A stretch of DNA of 63,027 nt, filler included, from Catajapyx aquilonaris (lineage: Eukaryota): NCBI GenBank assembly GCA_000934665.2. It is 4 parts of 4 records of this genome, joined end to end, with 100 filler letters (N's around TTAATTAATTAA, not from the genome) between each part and the next. Parts side by side here need not be neighbours in the genome. Positions count along the whole stretch, not along the records: positions 31,585 to 47,259 come from JYFJ02007433.1; positions 47,360 to 63,027 come from JYFJ02007434.1; 2 more parts are not named here. One strand, 5' to 3'. A model generated the notes under the pieces. That model worked only from the letters and a program-made list of their open reading frames with translations, did no database searches and had not been told where the DNA came from. How positions within the stretch are numbered: the first letter of the stretch is position 1; the number at the start of each line of letters is the position of its first letter. Below are positions 37,185 through 49,766 of this stretch, one piece after another. The position numbers were made by a program, and so were the translations under genes.

Positions 37185-37575
37185 CAATTAGTTGTAGCAT
37201 TCACTTTAATAGTTACTTGTAGCATTCACTTTCAATAGTTGTAGTAGCATTCACTTTTAATAGTTGTAGTAGCATTCACTTTTAATAGTCGTAACATTTA
37301 ATTTCAACAGTTATTTGCAACATTTAATTTCAACGGTTATTTGCAGCATTTAATTTCAACAGTTATTTGCACCATTTAATTTCAACGGTTATTTGCAGCA
37401 TTTAATTTCAACAGTTATTTGCAACATTTAATTTCAATAGTTATTTGCAACATTTAATTTCAACAGTTATTTGCAACATTTAATTTCAATAGTTATTTGC
37501 AATATTTAATTTTAAGAGTTGAAGCATTTAATTTTCATCAGTTAGTTGTAGCGGTTACTTTTAATGATTATTTGT
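37185..37575 (+). repeat. Minisatellite with ~25-26-bp units in two subtypes
   Basis: GTAGCATTCACTTTTAATAGTT-type units followed by about 7 copies of TTATTTGCAACATTTAATTTCAACAG. Confidence 0.9.
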
Positions 37576-37591
37576 AGAATTTAATTTTATT

Positions 37592-37893
37592 AATAATAAT
37601 AATTTCATACCCCATTATCAGCCTACGGGCTTTCCTAGGGGGGGATTTCTCCCAATTTTTTGTCTGGAACTCTTTCCATTTTTACTATTTTTCTCATCAC
37701 CGGAATGAAGCAGGGAAAGGGAAGGAAGAAGGCGGCTGTGGCCTATATTACGGTAACGACCCCGGAATTATCCTGCAAGGACCATGGGAAACCACAGAAA
37801 ACCATGGTCAGGGTCGCCGGCCTCCGGGATTCGAATCCAGGACCTCCCGATTAGCAGTCGGACACCATACCACTACACCACTACTGCTTCGGT
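37592..37893 (-). mobile_element. tRNA(Ser-like)-derived SINE, family A
   Basis: Homologous to 6139-6452; 13-bp TSD ATTTAATTTTATT (37579-37591, 37894-37906). Confidence 0.9.
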
Positions 37894-38115
37894 ATTTAAT
37901 TTTATTTGTTAGATGTAGCATTTAATTTTATCAGTTGGTTGCAACATTCACTTTTAGCAGTTACTTTTAACAGACTACAGTTAGCCACTGCTTCGATTAT
38001 GTTGCTAGAAAGCTAGTTGTATCTGCTTGTTTCAGTAGTTACTTTCACTCATACATTTTATTAAAACATTAGCATCTAATATTAGGTTCAGTATTCAGCA
38101 TATCATGGGGGTACA

Positions 38116-38329
38116 CAGGGTGTTTCAAACTTTTTCGTTCCAACAGTTATCGGAAATATTACACTAAGCTGCTACTTTGTAAGCACGTATGCCACTTCAA
38201 CCTATAATATTCGCAGGGAATATTCCCCATACCTCCGACAAATCACGGGTTGCAAGTCACTGCTTACGAAGTAGCAGCTTAGTGCAATATTTCCGATAAC
38301 TGTTCGGACAAAAAAGTTGAAACACCCTG
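38116..38329. mobile_element. Tc1/mariner-type MITE
   Basis: CAGGGTGTTTCAA ... TTGAAACACCCTG|TA with about 70-bp inverted arms. Confidence 0.8.
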
Positions 38330-39409
38330 TATTGTTTATTCTTCTTATTTATAAGCATCATTATGCTAAATAACTATAACTGTTATCATTAAAATAGCCT
38401 GCAGCAGGTAAAATAGCTCAGATAAAATAGCGGGCAATGATAAAATAGCTGCTACTATATCCAGGAAAAATTTGCATCGACTTCAGGCCAATTGGCGAAT
38501 AAAATTTATTGACCAATGTAACCTGTCATGTTTACTAACTCTAAGATAGTGCAATTTAGCACATTATGAACGTGCTATCTTCATCCTAATATTTCTGAAA
38601 CTACCGAAACTGCTTAAAAGAAGCAGCGAAATAGTAATTACAGATGCGGTCTCCTAATTTGAATAATGTTTTGTAGTAAGTGTCACCTATTTCGTGACAA
38701 CGCTGCTGATGTGAGGCCGCGAATTCAGTTGCCTTTGAAATGTGTCGCTAAGCCTGCGTGTGAACCTCGCCTACGGTATCACCTTCACAAGACTTTTGGA
38801 TGAAGCCTATCGGTTTCTCTCTCTTTTTCTTTTTTCCTCCTCCTCCTCCTCCTCCTCCTCCTTCCTCCTTCTTTCATCCCCACCCCATGGGATCTACTCT
38901 GGCTGCACCCATCGCATCGCATCGCATTTCATCGCATCGCCCGGCTGCAGACTCTCCTTCTGCTCATATTTCACCGGCTTTTAGCGGCGGCTGGCCCTGT
39001 CAAACGCCCCCTTCCATCCATCAGCATGACGCCCTATCACTTCCTTCCTTACCCTCCCTCCACATACCCCCTCACTCCCTGTGTGAGCCTATAGAGAGAG
39101 AGAAAGAGAGAAACAACAACATCCCCTGGTCCAAATGCAGGCTCCATTCACTGCCACTCCCCAAGCATCACTACGCAATCAAGCCTGCAAAAGGTCCTTT
39201 TCTTTTAAAAAAAGTGCCAACTCGGAACAATGTCGTCTAATAATGGCAACACCGCAAAGTTGTCGGAGTTGGCAACACTGTGTCTACTGCGCATCATATT
39301 ACACCGGAAGTGTGGGCGGAAGTTACATCTCATGATATTAGAGTACGGCCGCTAAAAAACTGCTACTGGTGAAATAACCGTTAAAAGGTAAATAAACAGG
39401 CATTTTGTA

Positions 39410-40020
39410 GAGCAACAGCTATTTTGCGCTCTAGCGGTTATGTCAGCTTATAAACTGCTATTTGACTAATTGGCAGCTACTGTCAAAAATGGCAGTTTAT
39501 GATCAAAGTAGCAGTCAATGAATAAAATAGCTGAGGATGAACTGTTACTTTGATAGCGGTGCTCTAGCGGTTATTTCAGCTTATAAACTGCTATTTGACT
39601 AATTAGCAGCTAATGTCAAAAATGGCAGTTTATGATCAAAGTAGCAGTCAATGAATAAAACAGCTGATGATGAACTGTTATTTTAATGGCGGTCCTTATA
39701 CAGAGTAACAGCTATTTATCTCTAGCTGCTATTTCAGCTTACAAACTGCTGTTTGACTCATTAGCTGCTATTTTACTAAATATCGGATAATGCAAAATGG
39801 AGGTTTATGAGCAAAGTAGCAGTTAATTAGTAAAATATAGCTGAGGGTCAATAAAATAATGTCACTTTAATAACGGCTAATTTATAGAGCAGTGGCTATT
39901 TTACGCTATAGTTTATAATCATTACTGATCCTTGACTATTTAGCTGCTATTTTACTTCGTAGCAGTTAATGAGTAAAATAGCTGTTACTGCTTAAGATGG
40001 CTGTTACTTAGTAACATAAT
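39410..40020 (+). repeat. Tandem repeat, ~133-180-bp units, about 4 copies
   Basis: GCTCTAGCGGTTAT.TCAGCTTATAAACTGCTATTTGAC at 39428 and 39561; more diverged copies near 39720 and 39905. Confidence 0.8.
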
Positions 40021-40844
40021 CGCCATTAATAAAACAGCGGCTAGGCTATAGTTTATCCGCACCTTAACAACGCGGTCGGGGTTGGGCCCAGAACCCAGCG
40101 TTTTACCCAGAATTAAGACAGCCATTATTAAGCAAAATCGTTACTACTGAATAAAATGAACTGCTATTAGAATAGCTGCTACCGGACTGGCTTTTCTGGC
40201 GATTTCAGTGATTCTGATTGCTGCGTTAAAAACGACCCGTGTGTTTAAGTAACTTCGAAAATAATATTGCCAGTTAACCTGGCTCACCTTCCACATAGAG
40301 CGTGAAACGTGAGAGATATATATGGCCTTTTCTTCGCAAGCCGAGTGTGTATTTAACGCTTAAAATTTCGGTAATAACCCGCTGCAATAACCCAAAAGCG
40401 GCAACAATGGTGATGGGGGGGGGGGGATGGAGGGAGCATTATTTGCGTAAGATAAATCGGCTCGCATTCGGCAATATCCACATCCCGCGTTGTGTGCATA
40501 GCTGCTGGGGACTGCGTTAATCTGCAATTACCAAGGAATTGTGGGGGGCGATGCAGCCGAAACACAACGAGGCTTTGCCATTGCAGCGCTCTCGCCTGAT
40601 AAATCCCGGCCAATAATGTTCATCTTTGTGTTCAAAGTACACACACGTACATAAACTGCGCGGAAGGCCTGCTGATTATACACCCAACTGCCATTTGTTG
40701 TTACCTGGCCTAACTGCAAATAACCGGCGCCATATTTTGCACAAGTCATAAAAGCAGGCTAGAGCACTGTAGTGCAACTATCATGAGTCACGAAGGAAGA
40801 TTTCCTCGCTCTAGCAACCGAGGGACGTTGGAAGCAACATTCCG

Positions 40845-42110
40845 CAGTGAAAATGAGCCACAATCGCGTTTATCCCAATCGCAGTGAAATAGCGTTTAAC
40901 CCAATCGCAGTTAAGATGTCAAAATCGCACTTAAATCAGTAGCAGTTTAAAGGAGCTACAATCGCCTTAAATCAAATCGCAGAGAAACAGACACAATCGC
41001 GTTAATCCAATCACAGTGAAATAGCGTTTAATCAGCTTGCAGTTAAAATGTCAGAATCGCGCTTAAATAAATTCGTAGGGAAACATCCAAAATAGCATTT
41101 AAACCGATCGCAGTGAAAACGTGCCACAATCGCGTTTAACCCAACCGCAGTGAAATAACGTTTAACCCAATCGCAGTGAAAATGTCACAATCACGCTTAA
41201 ACCAGTAGTGGTAAAAATGAACTACAATCGCATCAAATCGTAAGTTAGTGAAACAGTCACAATCGCGTCTAACTCTATCGCAGTGAAATAGCGCTTAATC
41301 AAATAGCAATTAAAATGTCAATCACACGTAAACCAGTAGCAGTCAAATGAGCTACAATCACGATAAATCCAATCGTAGTGAAGAATCCACAATCGCGCTT
41401 AACCCAATCACAGTGAAAATGTCACAATCGCGCTTAAACCAGTATCAGTAAAAATAGTTGCAATCGCGTTTAATCAAATAAAAGTGAAATAGAGTTTAAT
41501 CAAATCGCAGTGAAAATCTCACAATCGCACTTACACCAGAAGTAAAAATGAGCTGCAATCGGGTTTAATCACATAGAAGTGAAATAGCGTTTAATCAAAT
41601 CGCCGCGAAAAATGTCACAATACCGCCGTCAGATGTAAGAAGACCGTAACTCAAAAACTAGTAAGGGTGAAAGCCGCATGCATGCCCTGCACTAATCCCC
41701 CCTGACTCATAGAGGATTAGTGTAGGGCATTGCATGCGACTTTCACCCTTACTAGTTTTTGAGTTACGGTCTTCTTACCTCTGACGGCAAATAGCGCTAA
41801 AACCAGCATCAGTAAAATGAGCTACAATCGCATTAAATCAAGTCAGAGGTTCTACTTGATTGAATGCGATTGTAGCTCATTTTTACTCCTGCTGGTTTAA
41901 TAGCTATTGTGGCATTTTTCACTGCGATTTGATTAAACGCTATATCGCTATTTCACTTCTACTATAGATGTGAAATAGCGTTTTAAACAAATCGGAATTA
42001 AAATGTCATAAGTGTTTAATCTAATCGTACGTAGTGAAAGCCAATATTGCATTTAAACCGATCGCTGTGTTAACGTGCCATAATCGCGTTTAAACCAATC
42101 GCAGTTACAC
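40845..42110 (+). repeat. Diverged minisatellite (AATCGCAGTGAAA / AATCGCGTTTAA subunits) containing a MITE and a local inversion
   Basis: Dozens of recurring AATCGC-based subunits. Confidence 0.85.
41623..41791. mobile_element. Palindromic MITE inserted into the minisatellite
   Basis: GCCGTCAGATGTAAGAAGACCGTAACTC / GAGTTACGGTCTTCTTACCTCTGACGGC; TA on both sides; removing it restores a CACAATAGCGC repeat unit. Confidence 0.8.
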
Positions 42111-43050
42111 CACCGAGCTTTAGCCCCCGTAGCTGCTTTTTATCCATTATTATTTTCCTGTTAGATTGCTTGGTATGACCTGGATCGCCCGAAAAAAAAA
42201 ATGTTGTTAATCCCTCCCAGCTTCCATCCCTGCATCGAGAGGGTTCATGAATAGTGAGCCTTGGCTGTATATAACCCATAAAATGTTGATGGCATTGCAA
42301 GTGGTGTCAGTGAAGCTGAGTACCAGAGTATAAATTGTGCAAAGCTAATGAAAATATCTCTCGTTTTTTTTGAGGTGAAGGTCGTAGTACATCATGTAGA
42401 TAGAGAGGGAGGCACAGTCACATCCACCTTGGGCTGAGAGCGAATCAAAAGGCGGCAGGAGACATGCTTAAAAGAGGTGGTTCCTATTGGACCAGTAGAT
42501 AGATCCAAGGACCCCGTCTCTTTTTCTAGGCGGAGTCGTCTCGCTATCTAGTAATTTTTATGCCCGAGCGGCTCTTTTTACGAGGCAGTATGCCTTTTCT
42601 CAGGACCCAGCCTCGATTCCGAATCTTAATTTCTCGACGACTCTCTCAGTAACCGTTTCATTACGCCAGTTTCCAGCCTGAATCGCAGATAACGACACCC
42701 ACCCACCCCCTTTTTTTCCACCTACACAACTCTAGGGATATCCACAGGGTGCTCCTAAAGCAGCCCACTGCAACTCCTACACCAGCCTTATGGAGACTCC
42801 AGTGCCGTTATCAGCTGTGGGTGTACGGAGTGTGGTTGCCGCTTCAGCGCTGCTTAGGATCTCCCTCTGCACACTACTGTCGTGCTTAGGAGGAAAGTAG
42901 TACTACATGCACGTTGGTGATGAGTCACCACGCGGACAAAGCCCACCCTGGTGCTATAACCTCCATTGAAGGGGGTCCCACCCTCTCTGACAGCTACATG
43001 TCCGCTAATTTCTGAACAGAAAAAATTAAAACGATAACTACTACCTAGAC

Positions 43051-43583
43051 CAGGGGTGGGCAAGGCACGTGAAGGCAATTTGTGCGGCCTTCGCAAAAAT
43101 TTCGGTATTCCTGGAAATGTTGAAAAATTAAAATTGCACAAATTTTGTGCCCGAGCATTTCTTTTTAATTCCTTTAAATTCACAAAAATTTTGCCAATTT
43201 CATTGATATATTTAGCTACGATTTTCAGAGAATTTAGTTCTAATTTATGCAATTAATGGAAGTTCATTTAAAACGATGGATATACAGGGTGGTCCAAGTT
43301 CAAGTGTCGTTTTATAACGGCGATTAATAGCAGTGATTTTGCGATGACGTAGCAGCGACGCGTAAAATGTCCTACTTCGGCGCATCTTCGGCGCAATCGA
43401 AGTGGGCAATTTTACCCGTCGCTGCTACGTCATCGTTAAGCGCTTCTATTAATCGCCGTTATAAAACGACACTAGAACTTGGACCACCCTGTATAATTGT
43501 AAACTTTTTTATAAGTTGAAATTTTTTTGTTAGATGCGGCCTGACAATTTTTTTAAAACAAATCTCTATGCGGCCCACCCCTG
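43051..43583. mobile_element. hAT (Charlie-like) MITE
   Basis: CAGGGGTGGGC / GCCCACCCCTG termini; TGCGGCC subterminal motifs; imperfect 8-bp TSD ACCTAGAC / ACCTATAG. Confidence 0.75.
43285..43491. mobile_element. Tc1/mariner-type palindromic MITE nested in the hAT MITE
   Basis: TA|CAGGGTGGTCCAAGTTC ... GAACTTGGACCACCCTG|TA. Confidence 0.9.
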
Positions 43584-44544
43584 ACCTATAGGTGATGAGT
43601 CAACACTACAACACGAACAAAGAAGCGGACAGACAGAATAAGGTGATTAGTGTATAGGATCGAGCTAACAGTAAGGCTTCATTGATTTAATTCGAAATAC
43701 CAGCCCCTCATGCTGTGCGATATAAAATTTTCATTATTAAGAGCTTTTTAAAAATAAAAAAACCGATACGCCACAAAGGAGTGACTTTACGAACCGTTGC
43801 GTTGTTATCTCACCCTCCGCACCCTGTATATCTCCTGGTACATCCAGGACAAGAACCGGAGCCTCTTCTTCTTTAAAACTCTCCGGCAGAAAAGGCTCGT
43901 AAAGTAAGTCTTCGATTGGGCAAGCAGATATAAGTCCCTTACCCCCGTAAATCATTTATAAATTCCAGCCTTCCCCGTCGACGCTTATCGTTTGGTGGGA
44001 AGGTTATTGGGTTTGTTTATAGGCGCCTGAGGATCGGGGAGTGGGAGGATAGGATGGGGGGGGGGGGGGGGGAAAANGGGGCAAAAACAAACAAGTCCGA
44101 GCCTCTCGACGTGGCCATAAGAAAAGAAGGCAGTAAGCAAATCGGTACGGTCCGACTGGGGTGGAAAAAAAACTAATGGAAAAAAGCAAGGGTCTGGTGG
44201 GATCGATAAACTATTCGGAATCGGCCATCTCCTTTGCTTTGGTGATATATCTGGTCCCATCCTACCATCCCATTATTTTCTCTATCTGAAATCTACTGTA
44301 TACGCCCCGCCATCTCGCCGCTCTCCATCCACTTGTTCACGGAAACGTGCTTACATACTGCTATCCAACTTGGATTAAGGAGGCGGAGAAGTGGAGGTAA
44401 GAGTTTGGGAGTAAACATCCGGCTCCAATATGGACCGTTCCCAGAGAATTGCGTGGCTGAGGATATCACTCAAGCCTCGTGGAGAATGTTTCGTGGCTAC
44501 AGGACAAGGAAATTTTGGTCGAATAGCGGATAGCGGATAACTGA

Positions 44545-45310
44545 AAGGACAATCGCAGCTTAAAAGAGCGGTTAATATTATCGCCGTGATTCGTGCCGGG
44601 TCTAATAAAGCGACATTTTAGCTGCTCCTTTCATGATCGCAGCTTAAAATAGGCTTCAATATTTTGTCGAAGTGATTCAATCTGGCTCAAATAAAACGCC
44701 ATTTTAGCTGCTCCTTTTATGATCGCAGCTTAAAGTAGCCTTTTGTCGAAGTGATTCGTGCTGGGTCAAATCAATCGGAATGTTAGCTGCTCGTTTCTAT
44801 GATCGCAGCTTAAAATATCGTTTAACACTTGTCCCCGCGATTCGTGATGGGTCAAATAAAACGGCGTTTCAGCTGCTCCTTTAAATTATAGCAGCTTAAA
44901 ATATCCTTCAATATTTGTCACAGTGATTCATTCTGGGCCAAATAAAAATTTTAGGTGCAAGTTTCTATGATCGCAGCTTAAAATAGCCTTTAATCTTTGT
45001 CTCCGTGATTCGCGACTGGTCAAATAAAGCGGTGTTTCAGATGCTCCTTTCATGATAGCAGCTAAAAAAATAGCGCTCAATATTTTCCCCCGTGATTTGT
45101 GCCGGGTCAAATAAAGCGCCATTTATATGCTTCTTCAATTATTGCAGCTAAAATAGCGTTTAAAATTTGTCGCCGTGATTCGGGTCGGGTCATGTAAAGC
45201 GGTGTCTTAGCTGCTCCTTTTAACAGTCGCATATTCAAATAGCGTTAATATTTGTCGCCGTGATTCGTGACGGGTCAAATAAAGCGCCGTTTTAGCTGCT
45301 CTTTTTATGC
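44545..45310 (+). repeat. Tandem satellite, ~85-bp unit, about 9 copies
   Basis: GTGATT(C)-anchored units near 44587, 44672, 44751, 44838, 44923, 45005, 45092, 45175, 45260; most carry AGCTGCTCCTTT...GCAGCTTAAAATA. Confidence 0.9.
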
Positions 45311-46251
45311 TAAAGAGCTATTCCACTGTGTTTGAAGCTATCCGCAGTGGGATAAGCCAAAAAGACGCTATTATTCCGCCAGCTTGGATACGCAGGGGGA
45401 TACCAGACCTTGAACAATAGTGTGGCTGGTCCAAGCCGGCTCATGGTGCGTGAAGGATGTGTAACCGAGCGGTATGTCCTTTGCCCCCGAGGATTGCACT
45501 CGTATAACATTCCTCTGTGTAACCTAATCCCATCAGAGAGGAGACGTCTACGACTCTCTCCTCCACCCCCACCCAGCAGCCCCTGTGTGGGGTGTGTGTG
45601 TAGGGGGGCCCCTGTGGGCAACGCACATATAACCCTGTGTGCATGCCAGGGTTCTCAAGAGAGAGGGCGTTTCATGTCGAAACCTAATCTCTGCTGAAAG
45701 ACCGACCGCCGCCCGCCAATGTTATGCGGAACCTGCATAACCTTGCTGGGCCTGGTCGCCTAGCCAGCTTCCCCAGATGCCACTCCCTTATTCACACCTA
45801 CGACCAACTTGTGTTCCGTTCGTATACTGCACAACTCATCCTGATAAAAGCATTGCCCAGAGGGTCATTCACACACCCCACAAGTTAGCTGGACGCCCGG
45901 ACCTGATGGTCTACTAGACCACCTGGTCCACCATGCAAGAACGAAATTATTACCAATACACATTATTATACGCATGATGAATTTTTTTAAAAATTAATAG
46001 TAAATAATAAATGCGTAATTAAAATAAATGAATAAGTAATAGCGCGCGCGAAATAAATATTAAAATCATGCAATTAATTAATTAACATTGACAATAATGT
46101 CAATAAATGAACCATTATAGTAAATGTGCAATAAATTAATAATTAATATCAACAGATTAGTTAGTTATTTAAATAATATTCATACCCAACCATGGCCAAA
46201 TAGTGCGAATAACGGGTTCCGCTGCTATAGTCATTATAATACTCAAGAAAA

Positions 46252-46372
46252 CAATAAAATACATTATAATGCATATAATACATAATAAAATACATTATAA
46301 TGCATATAATACATAATAAAATACATTATAATGCATATAATACATAATAAAATACATTATAATGCATAATAA
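46252..46372 (+). repeat. ~31-bp AT-rich minisatellite, about 4 copies
   Basis: AATAAAATACATTATAATGCATATAATACAT repeated. Confidence 0.9.
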
Positions 46373-46607
46373 AATTATATAAATAAATAACTAATAAACA
46401 TAAATATAAAGGAAAATAATAACTACGTAAATATAAAAGAAATACGGTAATAAATACATGAATATAAAAGAAATGATAAATCCATAAATATAGAAGAAAA
46501 TAATTAATATGCATAAATATAACAGTAAATAACAAATAAATACATAAAAAGTAAATAACATATTGACAAAGACAATAAAATACCAACAAGATAACAAATA
46601 AGATAAT

Positions 46608-46717
46608 GGGCGGAATTTTCGTCATACTACTAGTTACTTTTAACTTAGCAGTACCAGTGTAATGCAATGGCACTGCTGAAGTTAAAAGCAACTAGTAGTA
46701 TGACGAAAATTCCACCC
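46608..46717. mobile_element. 110-bp hairpin MITE
   Basis: GGGCGGAATTTTCGTCATACTACTAGTT / AACTAGTAGTATGACGAAAATTCCACCC; AAT on both flanks; second copy at 49063-49175. Confidence 0.85.
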
Positions 46718-47259
46718 AATGAATACATAATAAAAGAAAAAAAGGCAAATTAATAAGTACCGAAATGTATTTTTTTTTAAAGTAAAGCGAAGGATCGCGT
46801 TCTCTTCCAGTTGATATCAAACATGCTAATACCACATCACAAAAAAAAAAAATTTGCACGTTATTTTCAGCGGCCACTAAAATAAAGTTGAATGACATAC
46901 CAGCGCAAACCCCGAAGCGACATTTGCCAAACCGACACGAGACACGTGCTGCTAGATGCTTCTAGCTACACCTCCCCCCCCCCACCCCANCCACCCCACT
47001 TTAAAAAAAACCTCAAACCCCAGCCCCCCACCCTCCCAACAATAAATTTATGCAACAACCAACAAGGCTTTTTCCCGCCATCATAAAATTATCATGTGAG
47101 ATGCATCACATGGCAATACCCCGCCTTTTAAGGCTCGATATTCTGACAGGTTACATATTTTGCACGCACAAAATTTGCACAAAAAAAAATGTGGCGGTGG
47201 ACAGATTTTTTGGACCCAAATTTTTTTCATTTTCTGTGGACTAATTCGAGCGATGATAG

Positions 47260-47359
47260 NNNNNNNNNNNNNNNNNNNNNNNNNNNNNNNNNNNNNNNNN
47301 NNNTTAATTAATTAANNNNNNNNNNNNNNNNNNNNNNNNNNNNNNNNNNNNNNNNNNNN
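47260..47359. other. Artificial contig linker
   Basis: N44-TTAATTAATTAA-N44. Confidence 0.97.
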
Positions 47360-47633
47360 CGTGGTACCTAGGATGCTGAGTTTAGTTGTTAGGTGGTTCT
47401 GTTGTTGCCAGGTTATTGCGAATTGCCGAGTTGTGTACAATCTGCGCGCCACCTAGTAACTAAATGGTCCACTCGCTAATGCCGCCCGCCTGACGCGTCT
47501 GAGCGCACCCATTCCTTGTCTATGAACCCCCTCTAGATGGCGTTTCCGGACACGGGTTCCTAGGTGAAATATGTTTGTCTTGGTCCCCTCTATTACCCCT
47601 AGAAGTTTGTAAAGTTAGCTCGTCAACACCCTG
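47360..47633. mobile_element. Tc1/mariner-type MITE right part, truncated by the block start
   Basis: Same family as 15795-16132; ends CACCCTG|TA. Confidence 0.75.
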
Positions 47634-48169
47634 TATATTATAGCAGAACTCTTTGGTTGGTGCTGATAGTTCCCTTGTTAGTTGCCAAGTAACGCCAGTG
47701 CCGTTACCTGGCAACTAAGTAAACAGTTAGGGACTGCTAATATGTCCAGCACTGTACAATGACATGCACAAGCTCTATACCCTTGATAGTAAGCAACCAA
47801 TTCATCACCTGTCACTAACAAGCTAAGTGTCTGTAGCTGTAGGGGTATCAGCCTATCGGCCCGAAAATGACACTTCGGGTAAATCGCAGGCCAGAAATTC
47901 ATTGGTGAAAATCAAAAGTGCCACTAGCCAAGCGTTTTCGAGATATGAGCGACGATAGGTGCAGGGCAAACCTACGCGCAGGGCCCACTTGTGGGTTGAA
48001 TCCCACCTGCACCGAGTCTCCAAATTATATGCAGTGAGAAGATGAGTGTGCTCTTTATAATTGTAGCCCTTTCCAGCTGTTCAGCAACACTGCACAAACA
48101 GGTTAACGTTGACATTTATTCTCTCCCTTGTAAGTACCAACCCATTCAAATAGCAAAATTTATTCTCAC

Positions 48170-48374
48170 CATCTGTATCCTTGTCTCGGGTTTCATCATA
48201 TTCCTGGGTGTCTTTGTCCTTTTCTTTCTCTTTCTCCTTTGAAGGCTCAAGGTTTTCTTTCTCAGCACCAGATACTGTTTCATCACCAGCTGCTCCTCCT
48301 TCAGCTAAAGCAGCATCGAGGTCAAATGGAGTCTTCTTCTTCTTCTTCTTCTTTTTCAGATTAGGATCAAAAAT
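48170..48374 (-). CDS. eIF2beta: Translation initiation factor eIF2 beta, coding exon 2; downstream exons not in this block
   Basis: CAG|ATT TTT GAT ... GAT G|GTGAGA; encodes IFDPNLKKKKKKKKTPFDLDAALAEGG..., the first lysine box of eIF2-beta (compare FDPT..KKKKKKK..FDLDAAL in Drosophila). Confidence 0.93.
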
Positions 48375-49062
48375 CTGCCAAAGTGAATGTAATTAGAGAC
48401 ATAATAGCACTATTCATAAAATTGTCATCAAACACTTCCGTGCCCTTAGAAAAGCTGCAGGCTAAGAGAAATTTGTGAAAGTTTCACATGAATTGATGGG
48501 CTATATTATGCAATAAAACAAGTTAAATGTCTTTTTCATCAACCTGTACTTCCATACTGGCATCTTCATTATGATAGTCTGAACACTCATGACAAATTAT
48601 GCTGCTTTGAAATTGAAAACTGACCAATGCACTCCCAGCTATGCCAACAAAGTAGTAACATAATTCTTATGTCATTTATTGCATACAGGTGGGCCTGTTT
48701 TAAGCTGCTTCCTTTTACACCAATTCACATTAATGCCAGTTTCAAAATTACCATTGAAAATTGTTTTAATTTGAAAATATGAAAATAACATGAAACAATC
48801 TATTGCTGCAACACTCGTGAGTCCAAACACACTACAGTATAGGCACTTTTGCTCTTCATAGTGCAATGGGACAATCTATAGGTATGCAGATAGAACCGTT
48901 TTACGCGACTTCATTTTACACTGCTGTGTTGCTGGAACCAATTACTGACATAAAATGGGTCCACCTGTATTAAAATTCAAGTATCCTTGTTCACTTTATG
49001 GTTTCTTCTGCTGTTCTCCAGTTAAATAATTCCCTAATCTGGTTGAATAGCCTAATAAAAAT

Positions 49063-49175
49063 GGGTGGAATTTTCGTTGTACTACTAGTTACTTTTAACT
49101 TAGCAGTACCAATGCAATGGTACCAATGGTACTGCTAAGTTAAAAGTAACTAGTAGTATGATGAAAAGTCCACCC
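49063..49175. mobile_element. Hairpin MITE in eIF2-beta intron 1
   Basis: Second copy of the 46608-46717 element; flanks AAT / ATT. Confidence 0.85.
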
Positions 49176-49748
49176 ATTATTTTCATGTGTAATTTTGAAG
49201 CTGCTATTATGTCTCATAAACTCTACCATAAATGCCCTTTCTGGTATTACTCTTCTATGGATGAGGAGCATGGTGGAATTTTTAAACAATATATGATTCT
49301 TCCATATGCATATGATTTGTCCCATGAAGCGAGACCAGGTATACTCAATGAAGCAAAAACTACCAGCTTACCCAGCCTGTTTTCTACTTGTGCCACATCA
49401 CATACATCAGTGTGCGACATTACTCCAAGACCAAATGTACACCACTGAGAGTGCATCTCGTGTGTTGAGGGTGATTCCCCCATGCAAATCTGCGAACCTG
49501 GCACATTTTGACCCCCCACATATGCTCCTGTCAACCAATACCCACAGAAGCATGGCCATTTCCAGGAGATGAAAAGTCAGCTACAAAATCACCCACCAAA
49601 ACCTGTGCTAGCTTAAAACCTAACTTAATAATCGGCCTGTTACCAAAATAGACCCTCCCTTCATATGTCAGGCTACAACAAACAACAACAGCCATCCACC
49701 TCCATACCGCCTGTTCAGGCCTAGCTCCCTATGTAGCCCCCCACTTAC

Positions 49749-49766
49749 AGCTTCGTCCTCCGTCAT
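49749..49766 (-). CDS. eIF2beta: eIF2 beta, coding exon 1 (MTEDEA)
   Basis: ATG ACG GAG GAC GAA GCT|GTAAGT; phase 0 joins exon 2 to give MTEDEA-IFDPNL (compare human MSGDEMIFDPT). Confidence 0.85.

Noticed and set aside
35400..46620. One giant Polinton or fold-back element spanning block 3, with a T-rich left flank and A-rich right flank
   Set aside because: No alignable terminal repeats, TSD or coding modules were found; only compositional asymmetry.
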